The position numbers were made by a program, and so were the translations under genes. Source: an uncultured Gammaproteobacteria bacterium (lineage in GTDB: Bacteria; Patescibacteriota; Microgenomatia; UBA12405). From it: a stretch of 64,000 bases of DNA. How positions within the stretch are numbered: the stretch's first letter is position 1; every line of letters starts with the position of its first letter. The stretch is from positions 45,601 through 109,600 of the forward strand of contig CAYUZS010000001.1 of the NCBI GenBank assembly GCA_964448705.1. The letters run 5' to 3'. Below, one piece after another: positions 28,501 to 36,390 of this stretch. The notes below the pieces were generated by a model, which was given only the letters and a program-made list of their open reading frames with translations, had not been told where the DNA came from and made no database searches.

Positions 28501-29290
28501 TATAGAAAATATCGGCTTTGAATTGGGAAAGATAAAAACTTTCTTCATCGCTAAGAGTGGATAAGACTTCAATAGAATTAATCTTGTCTTCCAAGAATTT
28601 CATTAAACTTTCGATTCGGTTCTTTTCACTTAAAGCCCGATTTTCCAGTTTTTGGATTTCCTGCTTAAGACGAACATCTCTCTCTTCAGTCGCGATTAAC
28701 AGCTGGTCTTTATTTTTAATTTTAGTCTTAAGAACCTTCTTTTCTTCCTCTGTTTGTTTGGTTTTATCGACAATTAATTTTTTAGTATCAACATCGATTT
28801 GAGAAAGACGGGATTTGGCATTGGAGTTAAGATTGTTCAAAGCTTCTTTTCGCTTATCACTGTCGACTGAAACTATCAGATATTTAGTGAAATAAACAAC
28901 TGATTCAAGTTCTTTTTGAGGAACATCCAGAATCGTGCTTAAAGGTGAAGGAGTGTTGCGAAGGTACCATAAATGGGTTACCGGAGCAGCCAAAGTGATG
29001 TGTCCCATGCGTTCACGTCGAACTTTGGAAGTGGTAACTTCCACACCGCACTTGTCACAAATAATCCCCTTGAATCGGATCTTTTTGTACTTTCCGCAAT
29101 AACATTCGTAATCGTGGCTGGGCCCAAAGATCTTTTCACAGAAAAGACCATCTTTTTCCGGACGCCAACTTCGATAATTAATTGTTTCCGGCTTAAGAAC
29201 TTCTCCATGTGACCAGGAAAGAATTTCGTCAGGCGAGGCCAGTTTGATTTTAAGACCACTAAAATCGATCATGCTTTTAAATTTAAACAT
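25556..29290 (-). CDS. rpoC: RNA polymerase beta' subunit
   Basis: Zn finger ECYCGKYK..CDKCGVE, NADFDGD, LLGKRVDYSGRS, GLKENVIIGRLIP. Start at 29290 has GGAGG 9 nt upstream. Confidence 0.98.
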   Translation of the reverse strand: MFKFKSMIDFSGLKIKLASPDEILSWSHGEVLKPETINYRSWRPEKDGLFCEKIFGPSHDYECYCGKYKKIRFKGIICDKCGVEVTTSKVRRERMGHITLAAPVTHLWYLRNTPSPLSTILDVPQKELESVVYFTKYLIVSVDSDKRKEALNNLNSNAKSRLSQIDVDTKKLIVDKTKQTEEEKKVLKTKIKNKDQLLIATEERDVRLKQEIQKLENRALSEKNRIESLMKFLEDKINSIEVLSTLSDEESFYLSQFKADIFYKASMGAEAIYDVLKKLDLPATVKNLKKELVKTSSKLKKKKIMYKIRILNGMIENSIRAEWTILTQIPVIPPDLRPMVQLTGGRFATSDLNDLYRRLINRNNRLKKLLKLGAPEIILRNEKRMLQESVDTLIDAAKSSKNKRKSSKRTPRALSDLLRGKKGRFRRNLLGKRVDYSGRSVIVVGPDLKLNQVGLPKEIALEIYRPFVLRELISCGLAANIKSAKNLIDHRVSEVYDILEKITKDSYVLLNRAPTLHKLSIQAFKPILTDGLAIRLHPCMCAGFNADFDGDQMGVHLPLSKESLKEARNLMLPSHNLLKPSDGNPISIPGQEMAVGCYYVTSVQESDLSMEQADSFENLPLFSDKEEVILAYQLGKIQLRQLIGVRIDGKLIKTTYGRIWFNQIVPKEFGFLNEPMAGKKSVSDLVIRTMEQVGRMRAVKLIDDLKDIGFEGFTLSGLSLSMSDCGYLAGKEDIIHSANQRISEIEDNFKMGLISNEEKKRLSQSLWMEITEEIAEKTWETLNSDSPIKIVAAAGIKRASKDQIKQLSGMRGLMVDPTGHIVPLPTKSNFREGLSVFEYITGARGTRKGLADTALRTADAGYLTRRLVDAAHVCITREDDCGTSKFVTVDKNEKGRERYFGRRILGRVLANDAIDTKTNKVILAKGTLIDNDHVAILESGNIESVDVRSPLTCKATIGVCRKCYGWDLSTRKLVRLGVPVGVIAAQSIGEPGTQLTLRTKHTGGVVGVDVTQGLPRIQELFEVRTPKLPSPLAEFDGKIRVKENIDGFEIKLTGKDKNNANKTVTYLLPSNVNIMVSDGDLVAQGTQLSSGSLDVREIMDIKGIEAAQKYLIASIQSVYESQGISIHDKHIEVMVKEMSDKIKIEDPGDTNFLYGQTVTKAVYNAENDKAKANNGKPAKGKKILLGLIQTALSAGGWLSAASFQQTTSVLTEASLLAEVDNLIGLKENVIIGRLIPVNREQITK

Positions 29291-29291
29291 A

Positions 29292-32200
29292 TTAGTTTTC
29301 CTCCTCCACTGGAGTATTTGTAACTGCGGAAGCGTCAATTTCAGTTTTTTCTTCATCGACAACTTCTTTGACACCTGTAGGACTGATGTCGATAGCTAAA
29401 CCGGCAAGTTCTTTGGTAAGAACTTTGAATGATTCAGGGATTGCCGGTTCGGGAATGGGCTGACCTTTGATAATAGCTTGGAAAGCGTGTGTCCGCCCTT
29501 CAATATCATCGGATTTAATAGTCAACATTTCCTGAAGAGTATGGGCAGCGCGATGTGCTTCCAAAGCCCAGACTTCCATTTCTCCAAGTCTTTGTCCACC
29601 CATACGGGCTTTTCCACCCAAAGGTTGTTGAGTGACCAAGGAATAAGGTCCGGTAGAACGGGCATGAACTTTGTCGTCAACCATGTGAACCAGTTTGACG
29701 ATATAACCAATACCGACAACAGCTTTCTGATCGTAGGCGTCACCGGTTCGGCCATCATAAAGTTGGGTTTTTCCGCTAATATCCAAACCAGCTTGTTTTA
29801 ATTCATCAGCAATTTGGGATTCGGAATATTTCTCGAAAACAGGAACGGCATATTTTTTGCCAAGTTTCCAACCGGCGTAGCCTAGGGTAACTTCCAAAAT
29901 CTGTCCCAAATTCATACGGGCGATAACTGACAAAGGCGACATGACCATATCCACCGGAGTACCATCAGCCAAACGAGGCATATCATATTCCGGCATAATA
30001 CGGCAGATAACACCTTTGTTTCCATGACGTCCGGCAATTTTGTCTCCTTCCTGAATACGGCGGATTTGGGCAACATAAACTTTGACAACTTTATTGACTC
30101 CGGGATCAAGTTCATCACCTTTTTCTTTATCCAAAATATCGACTTTGATGACAACTCCACCTTCACCATTGGCAACTCTTAAGGAAGTGTCTTTAACTTC
30201 ACGAGCTTTTTCACCGAAAATAGCACGTAAAAGACGTTCCTCAGCCGTCAACTCTTTTTCACCGCGGGGTTCTACTTTACCAACAAGAATATCGTTGGGT
30301 CCAACAGTGGCACCAATCATCACAATACCGTCCTCAGTTAATTTAGCCAATTCGGCTTCGGAAACATTGGGGATATCTTTGGTTAATTCTTCACTGCCTA
30401 ATTTAGTTTCGACAACCTGAGCAACATTTTCATAAATTTGAATGTTGGTTAAAACATCTTCTTTAATCAAACGATCGGAAACTAAGAATGAATCTTCGTA
30501 GGAAAGACCGTCAATAGAAGCATAAGCGACTAAAAGATTACGGCCAATTGACAATTCACCATTATCAGTGGAAGGACCGTCAATAAGTACATCTCCTTTT
30601 TTAACTGTATCACCCAAGTTAACTAATACTTTTTGGTTGTAACAGGTACCGTAAGGTGAAGTGCGTTCAAATTTGGAGGTGTAATAGGTTTCAGTTTTAC
30701 CATCAGAAGAAATTTCGCTGTGCTTACCAACCTCTTCTTTAACGAGTTTGGAATCTAAGGTAACAACGACTTTTTCACCGTCAATATAGGTTACTTTTCC
30801 CGGATGATTGGCCACAATTGACCTGTTCATCGAGGTGGCGATTACTCCTTCCATCCCGGTACCGATGATAGGAGATTCAGGACTGACCAGAGGGACAGCC
30901 TGAGTCTGCATGTGAGAACCCATAAGGGCACGGGTAGCATCATCATGATCAACAAAAGGAATCAAAGAAGCAGAGGCACCAACAATTTCGTTGGGAACTA
31001 AGTCAATATAAGAAACACCTTCGACAGGACCTTCGATAAATTCGCCCTGATAACGAATTGGCAACCATTCTTGTTTAATGTTGTTATTTTCGTCAATTTT
31101 TACACCAAGATGGGTTATATTTGCATTATACTCATCATCGGCATCCAAATAGACAACATCATCATCTATATGGTATTGACTGCCTTTCTTAATAACCTTT
31201 CGGAAAGGAGCTTTAACAAAACCATATTTATCGACATCGGCATAGAGAGCCAAGTAGGTAACTAAACCAATGTTCGGACCTTCAGGAGAACGGACAGTAC
31301 AAATACGGCCATACTGACTGGAATGAACGTCACGAATAGAGAAAGCAGCTCTTTCCCGAGTTAAACCACCGACACCGACAACGGTAACACGGCGGAGAAG
31401 GTCAATTTCCGAAAGAGGATTGGTTTGATCCAAAATAGCGGAAAGTTGGTTGCTTCTAAAGAAAGTATTGAGTGAAGAAATAAGAGGTTGAGGATTGATC
31501 ATCTGGCTCGGGAGCGGTTTTTCTTTGGTGGAAATAAGCGACATTCTTTCTTTAACCATTCTTTCGAAACGGGCTAAAGCAGGACGGATGGCGACTTGGG
31601 AGACGATTTCGCCACAACGTCGGAGACGGCGGTTGGCCAAAGAATCGATGTCATCCAGACGGGTAACTTCTCTTTTTTGAAGTTGGATTAGGTATTTAAT
31701 AGTGGCAATTAAATCTTCTTTACGAATTACCCAATTTTCCTGATCATCATCGTCAAATTTGAAACCAAATTTTTTATTGACTTTGTAGCGGCCGACATTT
31801 CCCAATTCATAGGTCCTTAAATCAAAAAATCTTTCGGTAAAAAATTTCTGGGCATTTTCCAAAACCACCGGCTCTCCCGGTCGAAGTTTTCGATAGAATT
31901 CCAAAACAGCCTCTTCAGAAGTTTTGGTAGGATCAGCTTGAATAGTAGCATTTATAAAATCTGAAAACTCGCCAACTAATTGTTTGTCTCCCATCTGGCA
32001 GGCAGCACGAAGAAGAATAGTAGCGGGAAATTTCTTTTTGCGGTCGATTCTGGCAAAAATAACATCTTTTTTACCAATGAAAAACTCCAGCCAAGAACCT
32101 CGGACAGGACGAATTTCAGCATTAAAAAGTGTTTTACCGGTTGAAGGATCGGATTCTCCGGTGAAATAAACACCAGGAGAACGAACGAGTTGATTAATGA

Positions 32201-32579
32201 TTCCCCTTTCAATACCGTTGACAATATAAGTACCCTCTTCGGTCATGGTGGGAAGATTAAGGAAGAAAACATTTTCTTCTCTAACATCGCCGGTACGTTT
32301 GTTGGTTAATTTAGCTTTTATTTTGACAGGAATGGTGTAATTAAGACCTTTTCTTTTAGCAATTTCGGGAGATAAAGAGATCGGATCGAAGGCTAGTTCA
32401 CCTAATTGAAGTTCCCAGTTGTTTCCGGTGTAGTCTGAAATCGGAGAGATGGTCTGAATGGTTTTAGAAAGTTCTTGGTTTAAAAATTCTTTCCAGGATT
32501 CTTTTTGGATTCTTAACAAATCTAACTTAGGAAGATTGGGATATTTTTTACCCCAGTTGGTTCTTTTTGCGGATGGCAT
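29292..32579 (-). CDS. rpoB: RNA polymerase beta subunit
   Basis: QLVRSPG, PEGPNIGL, GDKIAGRHGNKG, HMVDDKVHARSTGPY, GGQRLGEMEVWAL. Confidence 0.98.
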   Translation of the reverse strand: MPSAKRTNWGKKYPNLPKLDLLRIQKESWKEFLNQELSKTIQTISPISDYTGNNWELQLGELAFDPISLSPEIAKRKGLNYTIPVKIKAKLTNKRTGDVREENVFFLNLPTMTEEGTYIVNGIERGIINQLVRSPGVYFTGESDPSTGKTLFNAEIRPVRGSWLEFFIGKKDVIFARIDRKKKFPATILLRAACQMGDKQLVGEFSDFINATIQADPTKTSEEAVLEFYRKLRPGEPVVLENAQKFFTERFFDLRTYELGNVGRYKVNKKFGFKFDDDDQENWVIRKEDLIATIKYLIQLQKREVTRLDDIDSLANRRLRRCGEIVSQVAIRPALARFERMVKERMSLISTKEKPLPSQMINPQPLISSLNTFFRSNQLSAILDQTNPLSEIDLLRRVTVVGVGGLTRERAAFSIRDVHSSQYGRICTVRSPEGPNIGLVTYLALYADVDKYGFVKAPFRKVIKKGSQYHIDDDVVYLDADDEYNANITHLGVKIDENNNIKQEWLPIRYQGEFIEGPVEGVSYIDLVPNEIVGASASLIPFVDHDDATRALMGSHMQTQAVPLVSPESPIIGTGMEGVIATSMNRSIVANHPGKVTYIDGEKVVVTLDSKLVKEEVGKHSEISSDGKTETYYTSKFERTSPYGTCYNQKVLVNLGDTVKKGDVLIDGPSTDNGELSIGRNLLVAYASIDGLSYEDSFLVSDRLIKEDVLTNIQIYENVAQVVETKLGSEELTKDIPNVSEAELAKLTEDGIVMIGATVGPNDILVGKVEPRGEKELTAEERLLRAIFGEKAREVKDTSLRVANGEGGVVIKVDILDKEKGDELDPGVNKVVKVYVAQIRRIQEGDKIAGRHGNKGVICRIMPEYDMPRLADGTPVDMVMSPLSVIARMNLGQILEVTLGYAGWKLGKKYAVPVFEKYSESQIADELKQAGLDISGKTQLYDGRTGDAYDQKAVVGIGYIVKLVHMVDDKVHARSTGPYSLVTQQPLGGKARMGGQRLGEMEVWALEAHRAAHTLQEMLTIKSDDIEGRTHAFQAIIKGQPIPEPAIPESFKVLTKELAGLAIDISPTGVKEVVDEEKTEIDASAVTNTPVEEEN

Positions 32580-32592
32580 CGATGATAGGTAT

Positions 32593-32693
32593 AACTACTA
32601 AAAGAAAGACCCCCGTGGTGACGGGAAAAGCGAGTTATGTTCCAACCGCTCGCCGAATGCGGAGATTATATACTTAATTTATGCGTAGAGCAA
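32593..32693 (-). promoter_or_regulatory. rpoB promoter and structured leader
   Basis: TTGCTC-17 nt-TATAAT, then GCGAG...CTCGC stem, TTCCCGT-CACC-ACGGGGG stem and TCTTTCTTTTAGTAGTT. Confidence 0.6.
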
Positions 32694-32701
32694 GAGGGAG
32701 A

Positions 32702-33286
32702 TTATTGAGTAAATTTGAAGGTGGAGAGAATTTGCTTAAATTCAGCTAGTTGTTTTCCATCACAGCCAGTGTCGCTATTACATGTCATCTCGAAACATGC
32801 TCCTTTATTAAAAAATATAGCTGATTTGTAATTTGGCCCTTCGTAACCGTTAATGGCATAAACTGTGTAATTTGGGGCACTATACATAATTTGTCCGTCG
32901 CCGACAATGTCTGAAGGTTCACAGACGATATTTAGGCCAAAATTGTAAAAAGATCCGGTATATTTATCCCCAAAATCATTTGATACCAGTTTATAATCAG
33001 AACCTTTGAGAACGACAAAAAGATCGCGTGAAATATCCTTATTGTCGGCAAAATAGGTAGATGGATAGTTGAAGGTGAAACCTTCCTGAGTGTCCGCATA
33101 GGTATTCCAAACAAGGAGAGGATCAACAGAGGGAACTACCGTCTCAACAGGAATTACTACCGGAGCAGAATTTGAGGTCGATGGCCGTTGGCTAAAAAAA
33201 TAAAGATAGATCAAAGAGACGTTAAAAATAAATAGAACGGCGATGATAAACAAATAAAATACTTGAGAAAATCCAGATTTTTTCAT
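32702..33286 (-). CDS. Membrane-anchored hypothetical protein, PsbP-like CPR family
   Basis: N-terminal TM, P/T linker, WNTY....GFTFNYPS, C-terminal QILSTFKFTQ. Confidence 0.7.
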   Translation of the reverse strand: MKKSGFSQVFYLFIIAVLFIFNVSLIYLYFFSQRPSTSNSAPVVIPVETVVPSVDPLLVWNTYADTQEGFTFNYPSTYFADNKDISRDLFVVLKGSDYKLVSNDFGDKYTGSFYNFGLNIVCEPSDIVGDGQIMYSAPNYTVYAINGYEGPNYKSAIFFNKGACFEMTCNSDTGCDGKQLAEFKQILSTFKFTQ

Positions 33287-33289
33287 AAT

Positions 33290-34429
33290 TTAGAGAATTT
33301 TGAAGGTGGAAAGAATTTGCTGAAGTTTTTCTTCTTCAGAGGTAGGATACGTGATTGAATACAAGATTGAATTTTTTTCGTTTTGTAAACCTATATATTT
33401 ATTTGGCAACTGAAATAGAGACCAGGATATGCCATTAATGTTTTTCTTTCCAGTTGAAACCGTGTCGTTCATATATTTTGGTTGATTAATAGGATAATTG
33501 GATGAAGCACTTATATCAAAAGCAGCGTTTGATGTTTTGTTAAAAATTAACTGAACATAATTAGCGGTATCAACATTGTTTATTTCCATACTTAGGTCCG
33601 ATGGATATTGAACGGAAAATTTATATTCATCACTGGTATATGTTTTCAAATCTTTTAGACTGGCGGAGGAAGAAGAAGTGGATTCACAGGCTTTTTCGGT
33701 ACAAGAAATAGTTAAGTCGGGAGTGCAGGTGCAGGTATTACAGCCATCAGCGGCAGCAAAAGCCTCATTGACCTGATATGTTTGGTCGTTTAGCTGACAG
33801 ACATTTCCCGGAGCAGCTGTTGGTGAGGTATCGGAAACTTTAGGAACAGAAGTTGAAGGATTAGAAGTGCCGCCTGGATTACTAAGAAAAACAGTATAGA
33901 CAATGGCACCGCAAACAGTGAGGAAAATAAATAAAGCGACAAAAAATAAATATTTAAAAATATTACTTTGGCGAGGAACCTCCTGTTGAGAATCAAAAAC
34001 AGGGGCGGGAGGAAGATTACTGTTTTCCGGTTGAGGAGTTGGAGGGAGATCATCATTTTCCGGTTGTGGAGTTAACGGAAGATCGTTGGTTTTCGGTTGA
34101 GGAATGGGAGGGAGTTCGTAGCTTTCTGCCTGAGGAACGGAAGAAAGAGGCTCTTCAGAAACCGGTTCCGGTGGATTTGGAACTTCGGTTAAAGCAATAT
34201 CGTCAGGAACAGAGGTCATTAAAGTATCTTCGGTTTCAGCGGCAGGAATAACAGCCGGATCTTCAGGAGCATCGATAGGTTTTGGGGATGAATTGTCAAC
34301 AGATTCAGGAGGCACCTGTGGAGTTTTAGAGGCTAGTTCTTGTGAATAATGATCTAATATATCCTGATATTGTTTGGCTAAATCTACATCCTGAGAAGGC
34401 TGAGTAGAATTTTGATCTTTAACATCCAT
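33290..34429 (-). CDS. Bitopic membrane protein: Pro/acidic N-terminus, TM, pacifastin/VWC-like 6-Cys module, PsbP-like C-terminal domain
   Basis: CQLNDQTYQVNEAFAAADGCNTCTCTPDLTISCTEKAC; KTY....YKFSVQYPS; QILSTFKIL. Confidence 0.72.
   Translation of the reverse strand: MDVKDQNSTQPSQDVDLAKQYQDILDHYSQELASKTPQVPPESVDNSSPKPIDAPEDPAVIPAAETEDTLMTSVPDDIALTEVPNPPEPVSEEPLSSVPQAESYELPPIPQPKTNDLPLTPQPENDDLPPTPQPENSNLPPAPVFDSQQEVPRQSNIFKYLFFVALFIFLTVCGAIVYTVFLSNPGGTSNPSTSVPKVSDTSPTAAPGNVCQLNDQTYQVNEAFAAADGCNTCTCTPDLTISCTEKACESTSSSSASLKDLKTYTSDEYKFSVQYPSDLSMEINNVDTANYVQLIFNKTSNAAFDISASSNYPINQPKYMNDTVSTGKKNINGISWSLFQLPNKYIGLQNEKNSILYSITYPTSEEEKLQQILSTFKIL
34008..34115 (-). repeat. 33-bp in-frame tandem repeat (about 3.3 copies)
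   Basis: Units start at 34008, 34041, 34074 and encode LPPIPQPKTND/LPLTPQPENDD/LPPTPQPENSN. Confidence 0.85.
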
Positions 34430-34485
34430 ATATAAATATCGCATTTAGAGAATATGGAGTCAATGGTAAAATGATTAACCATAAA

Positions 34486-35538
34486 ATGAAAACTAAAAAA
34501 GTCTATATTAAAACTTTCGGCTGTGCCCAAAATACGGCTGATTCCGAGAGGATCAAAGCTTACTACTGGGAAAAAGGAGCGGATTTTGTCGATAATTGGA
34601 AAAAAGCTGATGAAGTAGTAATTAACAGCTGTGTAATCAGAGAATCGGCAGAAAATCGGGTATATGGATTGATTAACAATATTAAGACTTTAAGACCAAA
34701 AACAAAAGTGGTTTTAACCGGATGTTTGGCGGGAATAGCAAAAAAGAAAATTGACGGAGTGGATGAACAAAAAAATATCAATGATTTTTTAACCTGGGAA
34801 CCGATTCGAAACAAGAAAGGAGCGGCGTTGGTATCGATCAGCACCGGCTGTAATAATATGTGTTCATTCTGTATCGTCCCCTTTTCCAGAGGCAGAGAAA
34901 TTTCCCGACCAATGGAAAAAATATTAGAAGAAGTTGATAAAGCCATTAAAATCGGTTTCAAAGATGTGGTATTAATAGGACAAAACGTGAATAGCTACGG
35001 CAGTGATTTTGGCGGCGAGTCGTGGGTACATTTGGGTAAAAAGAGAATCAAAAGCCAATTTCCAAAACTACTGGAAGAAGTAGCTAAAAGGGAATTGAAG
35101 GATATTTCTTTTGTTTCCAGTAACCCATGGGATTTCTCCGATGAACTAATTGAAGTGATTGCCAAATATAAAAATATCAACCGACTGCTGCATCTTCCGT
35201 TTCAGTCTGGAGATGATGAAGTGTTGAAAAGAATGAACCGCAGTTATACCCAACAAGAATATCTGGATTTGGTTAATAAAATCAAAAATGAAGTTGAAGG
35301 AGTCAGATTTTCAACAGATATTATTATTGGTTTTCCGGGAGAAAACGAAAAGGCTTTTGAAAACACAGTCGATGTTTGCAAAAAAGTAGGTTTTGAAATT
35401 GCTTATATTAATAAATATTCACCCAGAAGAGGAACGGTGTCGGCCAAGATTTTTGAAAACGATATTCCACAAAGTGAAAAGAAAAGAAGATGGAAAATTC
35501 TGGATGAACTGGTAAACCACAAATTAGCTGCGAATTAA
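34486..35538 (+). CDS. miaB: MiaB-like radical SAM methylthiotransferase lacking TRAM domain
   Basis: TFGCAQN, NSCVIRE, TGCLA; GCNNMCSFCIVPFSRGREISR; GQNVNSYG; HLPFQSG; TDIIIGFPGE. Confidence 0.82.
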   Translation: MKTKKVYIKTFGCAQNTADSERIKAYYWEKGADFVDNWKKADEVVINSCVIRESAENRVYGLINNIKTLRPKTKVVLTGCLAGIAKKKIDGVDEQKNINDFLTWEPIRNKKGAALVSISTGCNNMCSFCIVPFSRGREISRPMEKILEEVDKAIKIGFKDVVLIGQNVNSYGSDFGGESWVHLGKKRIKSQFPKLLEEVAKRELKDISFVSSNPWDFSDELIEVIAKYKNINRLLHLPFQSGDDEVLKRMNRSYTQQEYLDLVNKIKNEVEGVRFSTDIIIGFPGENEKAFENTVDVCKKVGFEIAYINKYSPRRGTVSAKIFENDIPQSEKKRRWKILDELVNHKLAAN

Positions 35539-35605
35539 GGTCGACAGCTGTAACTGAAATAACACTTTTTTATGGGGTCTGGAAAAATAGAGTATAATAC
35601 AGTAG

Positions 35606-36034
35606 ATGGAAAAAGAAATTTCTTCGCAAAGACAAGGCAGAATTTTAGTTTTGGGGACAAATAATGAAGATCAAGTAGCAATGGTGTACGGGAGATTAAG
35701 AGAGTTTTTGGATAATCATAATTTACCGAAAGTGCGGGTTGAGGTTGTGAGAGATGGAGTCTTCTTTGCAACTGCCATCAAAATGAATAAGGAAGGTGAA
35801 CAAATACCGGCAAATATAGTATTAGTAGGAACCAAGGCCAGAATCTACAACGGATTCAATTGCATTACAGAAGATATGGATAATCATATCGAGACAGTTT
35901 CGAAAACTTGTGAGGAAGTAGGGGCAAAAATGGTTAGGTTTAGGGTTAACTCCGAGACTAATTTGCCGGAAATTGATGGAAAAATAGAAGATATTTGTCG
36001 ACGTTTGAACGAAGTGAACGGGATAAATCAGTAA
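35606..36034 (+). CDS. Hypothetical protein (orphan, alpha/beta pattern)
   Basis: 142-aa ORF, TATAAT 7 nt upstream of ATG. Confidence 0.65.
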   Translation: MEKEISSQRQGRILVLGTNNEDQVAMVYGRLREFLDNHNLPKVRVEVVRDGVFFATAIKMNKEGEQIPANIVLVGTKARIYNGFNCITEDMDNHIETVSKTCEEVGAKMVRFRVNSETNLPEIDGKIEDICRRLNEVNGINQ

Positions 36035-36087
36035 ATTGTAAATCAATCGCGGACTGAAAATGATTTTTGCGGTATAATACGAATAAT

Positions 36088-36390
36088 ATGGAATAACAAT
36101 GGTATCGTTTACAAGTAGAAAGCGGTCATGTCGGGACAGGCAAAAGGGAAAAACATTTCGATTATGTCCTGGCACAAGATGCAGGTGAGGCTTACACTAT
36201 AGGTTCAAAAAACCCAGGAAAAGGCAGGATATTAAGAGTTGATCTACTGGATGAAGAACAATCAAAAAGTTTAGAAGCAGCGATAATTGAAATTGGAAAA
36301 AGGGAGGGATGAGTTGATTTCCTGGACAGTGTTAAAAACAGTCAAACATTTTTTGGCAGAAGAAAGAGCGGGGATAGAGTAGAAATTTAG
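36088..36390 (+). pseudogene. Degraded orphan gene with two in-frame stops
   Basis: ATG36088 to TAG36390 in one frame (101 codons), interrupted by TAA at 36094 and TGA at 36310; TATAAT at 36073. Confidence 0.6.

Noticed and set aside
34008-34115. CRISPR array
   Set aside because: In-frame coding repeat without spacers; no cas genes.
36088-36390. In-frame TGA as evidence of genetic code 25 or selenocysteine
   Set aside because: TGA is a true stop in several ATGA overlaps (rplQ, rplW, rfb genes), and the same ORF also has an in-frame TAA.
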